Assembly: GCA_964016885.1 (NCBI GenBank)
Contig: OZ024744.1
Location: 127,658,001 to 127,722,000, forward strand
Length of the DNA stretch: 64,000 nucleotides
Direction of reading: 5' to 3'
Source: Eledone cirrhosa
Lineage: Eukaryota
This document shows positions 25,901 through 38,327 of this stretch, piece after piece. The position numbers and the translations under genes are program-made. Below the pieces are notes generated by a model. That model saw only the letters and a list, made by a program, of their open reading frames with translations, searched no databases and was not told the origin of the DNA. Numbering within the stretch: the stretch's first letter is position 1; each line of letters begins with the position of its first letter.

Positions 25901-27250
25901 GTTGGGGTTAAGTTAAGTTGGGGTTAAATTAAGTTGGGGTTAAGTTAAGTTGGGGTAAAGCTAAGTTGGGGTTAAGTTAATTTGCGGTTAAGTTAGTTTG
26001 TGGGTTAAGTTAAGTTGGGGGTAAGTTAAGTTGGGGGTAAGTTAAGTTGGGGTTAAATTAAGTTGGGGTTAAGTTAAGTTGGGGTTAAGTTAAGTTGGGG
26101 TTAAGTTAAGTTGGGGTTAAGTTAAGTTGGCGTTAAGTTAAGTCGGGGTAAAGTTAAGTTGGGGTTAAGTTAAGTTGGGGTTAAGTTAAGTTGGGGTTAA
26201 GTTAAGTTGGGGTTAAGTCAAGTTGGGGTTAAGTCAAGTTGGGGTTAAGTTAAGGTGGGGTTAAGTTAAGTTGGGGGTAAGTTAAGTTGGGTGTAAGTTA
26301 AGTTGGGGTTAAGTTAAGTTGTGGTTAAGTTCAGTTGGGGTTAAGTTAAGTTGGGGTTAAGTTAAGCTGGGGGTAAGTTAAGTTGGGTGTAAGTTAAGTT
26401 GGGGTTAAGTTAAGTTGGGGTTAAGTTAAGTTGGGGTTAAATTAAGTTGGGGTTAAGTTAAGTTGGGGTTATGTTAAGTTGGGGTTAAGTTAAGTTGGGG
26501 TTAAGATAAGTTGGGGTTAAGTTAAGTTGAGGTTAAGTTAAGTTGGAGTTAAGTTAAGTTGGGGTTAAGCTAAGTTGGGGTTAAGTTAATTTGCGGTTAA
26601 GTTAGGTTGTGGGTTAAGTTAAGTTGGGGTTAAGTTAAGCTGGGGTTAAGTTGGGGTAAGTTAAGTTGGGGTTAAGTTAAGTTGGGGTTAAGTTAAGTTG
26701 GGGTTAAGTTAAGTTGGGGTTAAGTTAAGTTGGGGTTAAGTTAAGTTGGGGTTAAGTTAAGTTGGGGTTAAGTTAAGTTGGGGGTAAGTTAAGTTGGGGG
26801 CAAGTTAAGTTGGGGTTAAGTTAAGTTGGGGTTAAGTTAAGTTGGGGTTAAGTTAAGTTGGGGTTAAGTTAAGTTGGGGTTAAATTAAGTTGGGGTTAAG
26901 TTAAGTTGGGGTTAGTTAAGTTGGGGTTAAGTTAAGTTGGGGTTAAGTTAAGTTGGGGTTAAGTTAAGTTGGGGTTAAGTTAAGTTGGCGTTAAGTTAAG
27001 TTGGGGTTAAGTTAAGTTGGGGTTAAATTAAGTTGGAGTTAAGTTAAGTTGGGGTTAATTTAAGTTGGGGTTAAGTTAAGTTGGGGTTAAGTTAAGTTGG
27101 AGTTGAGTCAAGTTGGGGTTAAGTCAAGTTGGGGTTAAGTCAAGTTGGGGTTAAGTCAAGTTGGGGTTAAGTTAAGTTGGGGTTAAGTTAAGTTGGGGTT
27201 CAGTTCAGTTGGGGTTAAGTTAAGTTGGGGTTAAGTTAAGCTGGGGGTAA
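13930..27250 (+). repeat. Near-tandem duplication: ~13.93-21.24 kb vs ~21.42-27.25 kb; the first copy is lengthened by an internal duplication
   Basis: gggactgag 14036/21530 and gggctgaag 14580/22074 (+7494). gccaag 15325/22835 (+7510) and 16984/22835 (+5851). ggaattacg 19418/25413 and ggggtaaagc 19957/25952 (+5995). Confidence 0.8.
16370..17150 (+). repeat. Three local copies of a ~270-280 bp variant cassette
   Basis: The series gagg, ggag, gccaag, tttgcgg, aggttgtggg, gctgggg, ggcgtaag recurs, with gcc at 16434, 16701 and 16984. Confidence 0.85.
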
Positions 27251-30200
27251 GTTAAGTTCGGGTTAAGTTAAGTTGGGGTTAAGTTAAGTTGGGGTCAAGT
27301 TAAGTTGGGGTTAAGTTAAGTTGGAGTTAAGTTAAGTTGGAGTTAAGTTAAGTTGGGGTTAAGCTAATTTGGGGTTCAGTTAAGTTGGGGTTAAGTTAAT
27401 TTGGGGCTGAGTTAAATTGGGGTTAAGTTAAGTTCGGGTTGAGTTAAGTTGGGGTTAATTTAAGTTGGGGTTTAGTTAAGTTGGGGTTAAGTTAAGTTGG
27501 GGTTAAGATAAGTTGGGGTTAAGTTAAGTTGGGGTTAATTTAAGTTGGGGTTGAGTTAATTTGGGTTTAAGTTAAGTTGGGCTTAACTTAAGTTGGGGTT
27601 AAGTTGGGGTTAAGTTAAGTTGGGGTTAAGTTAAGTTGGGGGTAAGTTAAGTTGGGGGCAAGTTAAGTTGGGGTTAATTTAAGTTGGGGTTAAGTTAAGT
27701 TGGGGTTATGTTAAGTTGGGGTTAAGTTAAGTTGGGGTTAAGTTAAGTTGGGGGTAACTTAAGTTGGGGTTAAGTTAAGTTGGGGTTAAGTTAAAGTTGG
27801 GGTTAAGTTAAGTTGGGGTAAAGTTAAGTTGGGGTTAAGTTAAGTTGGGGTTAAATTAAGTTGGGGTTCAGTTAAGTTGGGGTTAAATTAAGTTGGGGTT
27901 AAGTTAAGTTGGGGTTAGTTAAGTTGGGGTTAAGTTAAGTTGGGGTTAAGTTAAGTTGGGGTTAAGTTAAGTTGGGGTTAAGTTAAGTTGGCGTTAAGTT
28001 AAGTTGGGGTTAAGTTAAGTTGGGGTTAAATTAAGTTGGGGTTAAGTTAAGTTGGGGTTAATTTAAGTTGGGGTTAAGTTAAGTTGGGGTTAAGTTAAGT
28101 TGGAGTTAATTCAAGTTGGGGTTAAGTCAAGTTGGGGTTAAGTCAAGTTGGGGTTAAGTCAAGTTGGGGTTAAGTTAAGTTGGGGTTAAGTTAAGTTGGG
28201 GTTAAGTTAAGTTGGAGTTAAGTTAAGTTGGAGTTAAGTTAAGTTGGGGTTAAGCTAAGTTGGGGTTCAGTTAAGTTGGGGTTAAGTTAATTTGGGGCTG
28301 AGTTAAGTTGAGGTTAAGTTAAGTCGGGTTGAGTTAAGTTGGGGTTAAGTTAAGTTGGGGTTAAGTTAAGTTGGGGTTAAGTTAAGTTGGGGTTAAGATA
28401 AGTTGGGGTTAAGTTAAGTTGGGGTTAATTTAAGTTGGGGTTGAGTTAATTTGGGTTTAAGTTAAGTTGGGCTTAACTTAAGTTAGGGTTAAGTCGGGGT
28501 TAAGTTAAGTTGGGGTTAAGTTAAGTTGGGGGTAAGTTAAGTTGGGGGCAAGTTAAGTTGGGGTTAATTTAAGTTGGGGTTAAGTTAAGTTGGGGTTATG
28601 TTAAGTTGGGGTTAAGTTAAGTTGGGGTTAAGTTAAGTTGGGGGTAACTTAAGTTGGGTGTAAGTTAAGTTGGGGTTAAGATAAGTTGGGGTTAAGTTAA
28701 GTTGGGGTTAATTTAAGTTGGGGTTGAGTTAATTTGGGTTTAAGTTAAGTTGGGCTTAACTTAAGTTGGGGTTAAGTTGGGGTTAAGTTAAGTTGGGGTT
28801 AAGTTAAGTTGGGGGTAAGTTAAGTTGGGGGCAAGTTAAGTTGGGGTTAATTTAAGTTGGGGTTAAGTTAAGTTGGGGTTATGTTAAGTTGGGGTTAAGT
28901 TAAGTTGGGGTTAAGTTAAAGTTGGGGTTAAGTTAAGTTGGGGTTAAGTCGGGGTTAAGTTAAGTTGGGGTTAAGTTAAGTTGGGGGTAAGTTAAGTTGG
29001 GGTTAAATTAAGTTGGGGTTCAGTTAAGTTGGGGTTAAATTAAGTTGGGGTTAAGTTAAGTTGGGGTTAGTTAAGTTGGGGTTAAGTTAAGTTGGGGTTA
29101 AGTTAAGTTGGGGTTAAGTTAAGTTGGCGTTAAGTTAAGTTGGCGTTAAGTTAAGTTGGGGTTAAGTTAAGTTGGGGTTAAATTAAGTTGGGGTTAAGTT
29201 AAGTTGGGGTTAATTTAAGTTGGGGTTAAGTTAAGTTGGGGTTAAGTTAAGTTGGAGTTAAGTCAAGTTGGGGTTAAGTCAAGTTGGGGTTAAGTCAAGT
29301 TGGGGTTAAGTCAAGTTGGGGTTAAGTTAAGTTGGGGTTAAGTTAAGTTGGGGTTAAGTTAAGTTGGGGGTAAGTTAAGTTGGGTGTAAGTTAAGTTGGG
29401 GTTAAGTTAAGTTGGGGTTAAGTTAAGTTGGGGTTAAGTTAAGTTGGGGTTAATTTAAGTTGGAGTTAAGTTAAGTTGGAGTTAAGTTAAGTTGGGGTTA
29501 AGCTAAGTTGGGGTTCAGTTAAGTTGGGGTTAAGTTAATTTGGGGCTGAGTTAAGTTGGGGTTAAGTTAAGTCGGGTTGAGTTAAGTTGGGGTTAAGTTA
29601 AGTTGGGGTTAAGTTAAGTTGGGGTTAAGTTAAGTTGGGGTTAAGATAAGTTGGGGTTAAGTTAAGTTGGGGTTAATTTAAGTTGGGGTTGAGTTAATTT
29701 GGGTTTAAGTTAAGTTGGGCTTAACTTAAGTTGGGGTTAAGTCGGGGTTAAGTTAAGTTGGGGTTAAGTTAAGTTGGGGGTAAGTTAAGTTGGGGGCAAG
29801 TTAAGTTGGGGTTAATTTAAGTTGGGGTTAAGTTAAGTTGGGGTTATGTTAAGTTGGGGTTAAGTTAAGTTGGGGTTAAGTTAAGTTGGGGGTAACTTAA
29901 GTTGGGTGTAAGTTAAGTTGGGGTTAAGTTAAGTTGGGGTTAAATTAAGTTGAGGTTAAGTTAATTTGGGGTTAAGTTAAGTTGGGGTTACGTTAAGTTG
30001 GGGTTACGTTAAGTTGGGGGTAAGATAAGTTGGGGCTAAGTTAAGTTGGGGCTAAGTCAAGTTGGGGTTAAGTCAAGTTGAGGTTAACTTAAGTTGGGGT
30101 TAAGTTAAGTTGGGGTTAAGTTAAGTTGGGGTTAAGGTAAGTTGGTGTTAAGTTAAGTTGGGGCTAAGTTAAGTTGGGGCTAAGTTAAGTTGGGGCTGAG

Positions 30201-33200
30201 TTAAGTTGGGGTTAAGTTTGGGTTGAGTTAAGTTGGGGTTAAGTTAAGTTGGAATTACGTTAAGTTGGGGTTAAGTTAAGTTCGGGTTGAGTTAAGTTGG
30301 GGTTAAGTTAAGTTGGGGGTAAGTTAAGTTGGGGGTAAGTAAAATGGGGGCAAGTTAAGTTGGGGTTAAGTTAAGTTGGGGTTAAGTTAAGTTGGGGTTA
30401 AGTTTAGTTAGGGTTAATTTCAGTTGGGGTTAAGTTAAGTTAGGGTTAAGTTAAGTTAGGGTTAATTTAAGTTGTGGTTATGTTAAGTTGGGGTTAAGTT
30501 AAGTTGGGGTTAAGTTAAGTTGGTGTTAAGTAAAGTTGGGATTAAGTTAAGTTGTGGTTAAGTTCAGTTGGGGTTAAGTTAAGTTGGGGTTAAGTTAAGC
30601 TGGGGGTAAGTTAAGTTGGGGTTAAGTTAAGTTGGGGTTAAGTTAAGTTGGGGTTAAATTAAGTTGGGGTTAAGTTAAGTTGGGGTTATGTTAAGTTGGG
30701 GTTAAGTTAAGTTGGGGTTAAGATAAGTTGGGGTTAAGTTAAGTTGAGGTTAAGTTAAGTTGGAGTTAAGTTAAGTTGGGGTTAAGCCAAGTTGGGGTTA
30801 AGTTAATTTGCGGTTAAGTTAGGTTGTGGGTTAAGTTAAGTTGGGGTTAAGTTAAGCTGGGGTTAAGTTGGCGTAAGTTAAGTTGGGGGTAAGTTAAGTT
30901 GGGGTTAAGTTAAGTTGGGGTTAAGTTAAGTTGGGGTTAAGTTAAGTTGGGGTTAAGTTAAGTTGGGGTTGAGTTAAGTTGGGGTTGAGTTAAGTTGGGG
31001 TTAAGTTAAGTTGGGGTTAAGTTAAGTTGGGGTTAAGTTAAGTTGGGGTTAAGTTAAGTTGGGGTTAAGTTAAGTTGGGGGCAAGTTAAGTTGGCGTTAA
31101 GTTAAGTTGGGGTTAAGTTAAGTTGGGGTTAAATTAAGTTGGGGTTAAGTTAAGTTGGGGTTAAGTCAAGTTGGGGTTAAGTCAAGTTGGGGTTAAGTTA
31201 AGTTGGGGTTAAGTTAAGTGGGGTTAAGTTAAGTTGGGGGTAAGTTAAGTTGGGTGTAAGTTAAGTTGGGGTTAAGTTAAGTTGGGGTTCAGTTCAGTTG
31301 GGGTTAAGTTAAGTTGGGATTAAGATAAGTTGGGGTTAAGTTAAGTTGGGGTTAATTTAAGTTGGGGTTGAGTTAATTTGGGTTTAAGTTAAGTTGGGCT
31401 TAACTTAAGTTGGGGTTAAGTCGGGGTTAAGTTAAGTTGGGGTTAAGTTAAGTTGGGGGTAAGTTAAGTTGGGGGCAAGTTAAGTTGGGGTTAATTTAAG
31501 TTGGGGTTAAGTTAAGTTGGGGTTATGTTAAGTTGGGGTTAAGTTAAGTTGGGGTTAAGTTAAGTTGGGGGTAACTTAAGTTGGGTGTAAGTTAAGTTGG
31601 GGTTAAGTTAAGTTGGGGTTAAATTAAGTTGAGGTTAAGTTAATTTGGGGTTAAGTTAAGTTGGGGTTACGTTAAGTTGGGGTTACATTAAGTTAGGGGT
31701 AAGATAAGTTGGGGCTAAGTTAAGTTGGGACTAAGTCAAGTTGGGGTTAAGTCAAGTTGAGGTTAACTTAAGTTGGGGTTAAGTTAAGTTGGGGTTAAGT
31801 TAAGTTGGGGTTAAGGTAAGTTGGTGTTAAGTTAAGTTGGGGCTAAGTTAAGTTGGGGCTAAGTTAAGTTGGGGCTGAGTTAAGTTGGGGTTAAGTTGGG
31901 GTTGAGTTAAGTTGGGGTTAAGTTAAGTTGGAATTACGTTAAGTTGGGGTTAAGTTAAGTTCGGGTTGAGTTAAGTTGGGGTTAAGTTAAGTTGGGGGTA
32001 AGTTAAGTTGGGGGTAAGTAAAATGGGGGCAAGTTAAGTTGGGGTTAAGTTAAGTTGGGGTTAAGTTAAGTTGGGGTTAAGTTAAGTTAGGGTTAATTTC
32101 AGTTGGGGTTAAGTTAAGTTGGGGTTAAGTTAAGTTAGGGTTAATTTAAGTTGTGGTTATGTTAAGTTGGGGTTAAGTTAAGTTGGGGTTAAGTTAAGTT
32201 GGGGTTAAGTTAAGTTGGTGTTAAGTAAAGTTGGGATTAAGTTAAGTTGTGGTTAAGTTCAGTTGGGGTTAAGTTAAGTTGGGGTTAAGTTAAGCTGGGG
32301 GTAAGTTAAGTTGGGGTTAAGTTAAGTTGGGGTTAAGTTAAGTTGGGGTTAAATTAAGTTGGGGTTAAGTTAAGTTGGGGTTATGTTAAGTTGGGGTTAA
32401 GTTAAGTTGGGGTTAAGATAAGTTGGGGTTAAGTTAAGTTGAGGTTAAGTTAAGTTGGAGTTAAGTTAAGTTGGGGTTAAGCCAAGTTGGGGTTAAGTTA
32501 ATTTGCGGTTAAGTTAGGTTGTGGGTTAAGTTAAGTTGGGGTTAAGTTAAGCTGGGGTTAAGTTGGCGTAAGTTAAGTTGGGGGTAAGTTAAGTTGGGGT
32601 TAAGTTAAGTTGGGGTTAAGTTAAGTTGGGGTTAAGTTAAGTTGGGGTTAAGTTAAGTTGGGGTTGAGTTAAGTTGGGGTTGAGTTAAGTTGGGGTTAAG
32701 TTAAGTTGGGGTTAAGTTAAGTTGGGGTTAAGTTAAGTTGGGGTTAAGTTAAGTTGGGGTTAAGTTAAGTTGGGGGCAAGTTAAGTTGGCGTTAAGTTAA
32801 GTTGGGGTTAAGTTAAGTTGGGGTTAAATTAAGTTGGGGTTAAGTTAAGTTGGGGTTAAGTCAAGTTGGGGTTAAGTCAAGTTGGGGTTAAGTTAAGTTG
32901 GGGTTAAGTTAAGTGGGGTTAAGTTAAGTTGGGGGTAAGTTAAGTTGGGTGTAAGTTAAGTTGGGGTTAAGTTAAGTTGGGGTTCAGTTCAGTTGGGGTT
33001 AAGTTAAGTTGGGGTTAAGTTAAGCTGGGGGTAAGTTAAGTTCGGGTTAAGTTAAGTTGGGGTTAAGTTAAGTTGGGGTTAAGTTAAGTCGGGGTTAAGT
33101 TAAGTTGGAGTTAAGTTAAGTTGGAGTTAAGTTAAGTTGGGGTTAAGCTAAGTTGGGGTTCAGTTAAGTTGGGGTTAAGTTAATTTGGGGCTGAGTTAAG

Positions 33201-36200
33201 TTGGGGTTAAGTTAAGTTCGGGTTGAGTTAAGTTGGGGTTAAGTTAAGTTGGGGTTTACTTAAGTTGGGGTTAAGTTAAGTTGGGGTTAAGATAAGTTGG
33301 GGTTAAGTTAAGTTGGGGTTAATTTTAAGTTGGTGTTGAGTTAATTTGGGTTTAAGTTAAGTTGGGCTTAACTTAAGTTGGGGTTAAGTTGGGGTTAAGT
33401 TAAGTTGGGGTTAAGTTAAGTTGGGGGTAAGTTAAGTTGGGGGCAAGTTAAGTTGGGGTTAATTTAAGTTGGGGTTAAGTTAAGTTGGGGTTATGTTAAG
33501 TTGGGGTTAAGTTAAGTTGGGGTTAAGTTAAAGTTGGGGTTAAGTTAAGTTGGGGTAAAGTTAAGTTGGGGTTAAGTTAAGTTGGGGTTAAATTAAGTTG
33601 GGGTTCAGTTAAGTTGGGGTTAAATTAAGTTGGGGTTAAGTTAAGTTGGGGTTAGTTAAGTTGGGGTTAAGTTAAGTTGGGGTTAAGTTAAGTTGGGGTT
33701 AAGTTAAGTTGGCGTTAAGTTAAGTTGGCGTTAAGTTAAGTTGGGGTTAAGTTAAGTTGGGGTTAAATTAAGTTGGGGTTAAGTTAAGTTGGGGTTAATT
33801 TAAGTTGGGGTTAAGTTAAGTTGGGGTTAAGTTAAGTTGGAGTTAAGTCAAGTTGGGGTTAAGTCAAGTTGGGGTTAAGTCAAGTTGGGGTTAAGTCAAG
33901 TTGGGGTTAAGTTAAGTTGGGGTTAAGTTAAGTTGGGGTTAGGTTAAGTTGGGGGTAAGTTAAGTTGGGTGTAAGTTAAGTTGGGGTTAAGTTAAGTTGG
34001 GGTTAAGTTAAGTTGGGGTTAAGTTAAGTTGGGGTTAATTTAAGTTGGAGTTAAGTTAAGTTGGAGTTAAGTTAAGTTGGGGTTAAGCTAAGTTGGGGTT
34101 CAGTTAAGTTGGGGTTAAGTTAATTTGGGGCTGAGTTAAGTTGGGGTTAAGTTAAGTCGGGTTGAGTTAAGTTGGGGTTAAGTTAAGTTGGGGTTAAGTT
34201 AAGTTGGGGTTAAGTTAAGTTGGGGTTAAGATAAGTTGGGGTTAAGTTAAGTTGGGGTTAATTTAAGTTGGGGTTGAGTTAATTTGGGTTTAAGTTAAGT
34301 TGGGCTTAACTTAAGTTGGGGTTAAGTCGGGGTTAAGTTAAGTTGGGGTTAAGTTAAGTTGGGGGTAAGTTAAGTTGGGGGCAAGTTAAGTTGGGGTTAA
34401 TTTAAGTTGGGGTTAAGTTAAGTTGGGGTTATGTTAAGTTGGGGTTAAGTTAAGTTGGGGTTAAGTTAAGTTGGGGGTAACTTAAGTTGGGTGTAAGTTA
34501 AGTTGGGGTTAAGTTAAGTTGGGGTTAAATTAAGTTGAGGTTAAGTTAATTTGGGGTTAAGTTAAGTTGGGGTTACGTTAAGTTGGGGTTACGTTAAGTT
34601 GGGGGTAAGATAAGTTGGGGCTAAGTTAAGTTGGGGCTAAGTCAAGTTGGGGTTAAGTCAAGTTGAGGTTAACTTAAGTTGGGGTTAAGTTAAGTTGGGG
34701 TTAAGTTAAGTTGGGGTTAATGTAAGTTGGTGTTAAGTTAAGTTGGGGCTAAGTTAAGTTGGGGCTAAGTTAAGTTGGGGCTGAGTTAAGTTGGGGTTAA
34801 GTTGGGGTTGAGTTAAGTTGGGGTTAAGTTAAGTTGGAATTACGTTAAGTTGGGGTTAAGTTAAGTTCGGGTTGAGTTAAGTTGGGGTTAAGTTAAGTTG
34901 GGGGTAAGTTAAGTTGGGGGTAAGTAAAATGGGGGCAAGTTAAGTTGGGGTTAAGTTAAGTTGGGGTTAAGTTAAGTTGGGGTTAAGTTAAGTTAGGGTT
35001 AATTTCAGTTGGGGTTAAGTTAAGTTGGGGTTAAGTTAAGTTAGGGTTAATTTAAGTTGGGGTTATGTTAAGTTGGGGTTAAGTTAAGTTGGGGTTAAGT
35101 TAAGTTGGTGTTAAGTAAAGTTGGGATTAAGTTAAGTTGTGGGTTAAGTTAAGTTGGGGTTAAGTTAAGTTGGGGTTAAGTTGGTGTTAAGTAAAGTTGG
35201 GCTTAAGTTAAGTTGGGTTTGAGTTAAGTTGGTGCTAAGTTAAGTTAGGGCTAAGTTAAGTTGGGGTTAAGTTAACATGGGGCTAGGTTAAGTTGGGTCT
35301 AAGTTAAGTTGGGGTTAAGTTAAGTTGGGGTTAAGTTAAGTTGGGGTTAAATTAAGTTGGGGTTAAGTTAAGTTGGGGTAAAGCTAAGTTGGGGTTAAGT
35401 TAATTTGCGGTTAAGTTAGTTTGTGGGTTAAGTTAAGTTGGGGGTAAGTTAAGTTGGGGGTAAGTTAAGTTGGGGTTAAATTAAGTTGGGGTTAAGTTAA
35501 GTTGGGGTTAAGTTAAGTTGGGGTTAAGTTAAGTTGGGGTTAAGTTAAGTTGGCGTTAAGTTAAGTCGGGGTAAAGTTAAGTTGGGGTTAAGTTAAGTTG
35601 GGGTTAAGTTAAGTTGGGGTTAAGTTAAGTTGGGGTTAAGTCAAGTTGGGGTTAAGTCAAGTTGGGGTTAAGTTAAGGTGGGGTTAAGTTAAGTTGGGGG
35701 TAAGTTAAGTTGGGTGTAAGTTAAGTTGGGGTTAAGTTAAGTTGTGGTTAAGTTCAGTTGGGGTTAAGTTAAGTTGGGGTTAAGTTAAGCTGGGGGTAAG
35801 TTAAGTTGGGTGTAAGTTAAGTTGGGGTTAAGTTAAGTTGGGGTTAAGTTAAGTTGGGGTTAAATTAAGTTGGGGTTAAGTTAAGTTGGGGTTATGTTAA
35901 GTTGGGGTTAAGTTAAGTTGGGGTTAAGATAAGTTGGGGTTAAGTTAAGTTGAGGTTAAGTTAAGTTGGAGTTAAGTTAAGTTGGGGTTAAGCTAAGTTG
36001 GGGTTAAGTTAATTTGCGGTTAAGTTAGGTTGTGGGTTAAGTTAAGTTGGGGTTAAGTTAAGCTGGGGTTAAGTTGGGGTAAGTTAAGTTGGGGTTAAGT
36101 TAAGTTGGGGTTAAGTTAAGTTGGGGTTAAGTTAAGTTGGGGTTAAGTTAAGTTGGGGTTAAGTTAAGTCGGGGTTAAGTTAAGTTGGGGTTAAGTTAAG

Positions 36201-38327
36201 TTGGGGGTAAGTTAAGTTGGGGGCAAGTTAAGTTGGGGTTAAGTTAAGTTGGGGTTAAGTTAAGTTGGGGTTAAGTTAAGTTGGGGTTAAGTTAAGTTGG
36301 GGTTAAATTAAGTTGGGGTTAAGTTAAGTTGGGGTTAGTTAAGTTGGGGTTAAGTTAAGTTGGGGTTAAGTTAAGTTGGGGTTAAGTTAAGTTGGGGTTA
36401 AGTTAAGTTGGCGTTAAGTTAAGTTGGGGTTAAGTTAAGTTGGGGTTAAATTAAGTTGGAGTTAATTTAAGTTGGGGTTAATTTAAGTTGGGGTTAAGTT
36501 AAGTTGGGGTTAAGTTAAGTTGGAGTTGAGTCAAGTTGGGGTTAAGTCAAGTTGGGGTTAAGTCAAGTTGGGGTTAAGTCAAGTTGGGGTTAAGTTAAGT
36601 TGGGGTTAAGTTAAGTGGGGTTAAGTTAAGTTGGGGGTAAGTTAAGTTGGGTGTAAGTTAAGTTGGGGTTAAGTTAAGTTGGGGTTCAGTTCAGTTGGGG
36701 TTAAGTTAAGTTGGGGTTAAGTTAAGCTGGGGGTAAGTTAAGTTCGGGTTAAGTTAAGTTGGGGTTAAGTTAAGTTGGGGTCAAGTTAAGTTGGGGTTAA
36801 GTTAAGTTGGAGTTAAGTTAAGTTGGAGTTAAGTTAAGTTGGGGTTAAGCTAATTTGGGGTTCAGTTAAGTTGGGGTTAAGTTAATTTGGGGCTGAGTTA
36901 AGTTGGGGTTAAGTTAAGTTCGGGTTGAGTTAAGTTGGGGTTAAGTTAAGTTGGGGTTTAGTTAAGTTGGGGTTAAGTTAAGTTGGGGTTAAGATAAGTT
37001 GGGGTTAAGTTAAGTTGGGGTTAATTTAAGTTGGGGTTGAGTTAATTTGGGTTTAAGTTAAGTTGGGCTTAACTTAAGTTGGGGTTAAGTTGGGGTTAAG
37101 TTAAGTTGGGGTTAAGTTAAGTTGGGGGTAAGTTAAGTTGGGGGCAAGTTAAGTTGGGGTTAATTTAAGTTGGGGTTAAGTTAAGTTGGGGTTATGTTAA
37201 GTTGGGGTTAAGTTAAGTTGGGGTTAAGTTAAGTTGGGGGTAACTTAAGTTGGGGTTAAGTTAAGTTGGGGTTAAGTTAAAGTTGGGGTTAAGTTAAGTT
37301 GGGGTAAAGTTAAGTTGGGGTTAAGTTAAGTTGGGGTTAAATTAAGTTGGGGTTCAGTTAAGTTGGGGTTAAATTAAGTTGGGGTTAAGTTAAGTTGGGG
37401 TTAGTTAAGTTGGGGTTAAGTTAAGTTGGGGTTAAGTTAAGTTGGGGTTAAGTTAAGTTGGGGTTAAGTTAAGTTGGCGTTAAGTTAAGTTGGGGTTAAG
37501 TTAAGTTGGGGTTAAATTAAGTTGGGGTTAAGTTAAGTTGGGGTTAATTTAAGTTGGGGTTAAGTTAAGTTGGGGTTAAGTTAAGTTGGAGTTAAGTCAA
37601 GTTGGGGTTAAGTCAAGTTGGGGTTAAGTCAAGTTGGGGTTAAGTCAAGTTGGGGTTAAGTTAAGTTGGGGTTAAGTTAAGTTGGGGTTAAGTTAAGTTG
37701 GAGTTAAGTTAAGTTGGAGTTAAGTTAAGTTGGGGTTAAGCTAAGTTGGGGTTCAGTTAAGTTGGGGTTAAGTTAATTTGGGGCTGAGTTAAGTTGGGGT
37801 TAAGTTAAGTCGGGTTGAGTTAAGTTGGGGTTAAGTTAAGTTGGGGTTAAGTTAAGTTGGGGTTAAGTTAAGTTGGGGTTAAGATAAGTTGGGGTTAAGT
37901 TAAGTTGGGGTTAATTTAAGTTGGGGTTGAGTTAATTTGGGTTTAAGTTAAGTTGGGCTTAACTTAAGTTGGGGTTAAGTCGGGGTTAAGTTAAGTTGGG
38001 GTTAAGTTAAGTTGGGGGTAAGTTAAGTTGGGGGCAAGTTAAGTTGGGGTTAATTTAAGTTGGGGTTAAGTTAAGTTGGGGTTATGTTAAGTTGGGGTTA
38101 AGTTAAGTTGGGGTTAAGTTAAGTTGGGGGTAACTTAAGTTGGGTGTAAGTTAAGTTGGGGTTAAGATAAGTTGGGGTTAAGTTAAGTTGGGGTTAATTT
38201 AAGTTAGGGTTGAGTTAATTTGGGTTTAAGTTAAGTTGGGCTTAACTTAAGTTGGGGTTAAGTTGGGGTTAAGTTAAGTTGGGGTTAAGTTAAGTTGGGG
38301 GTAAGTTAAGTTGGGGGCAAGTTAAGT
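25952..38327 (+). repeat. Higher-order block, copy B of the ~26.0 kb offset duplication
   Basis: ggggtaaagc at 25952 matches position 1. The same ordered private variants occur as in copy A. Similarity ends where copy A reads taagttcagg (~12271-12280). Confidence 0.92.
29640..33010 (+). repeat. Paralogous tandem duplication, 2 x ~1.68-1.70 kb, inside copy B
   Basis: ggaattacg at 30251/31930 (+1679), the same gggat junction variant at 31316, and one extra monomer near 32200. Confidence 0.86.
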
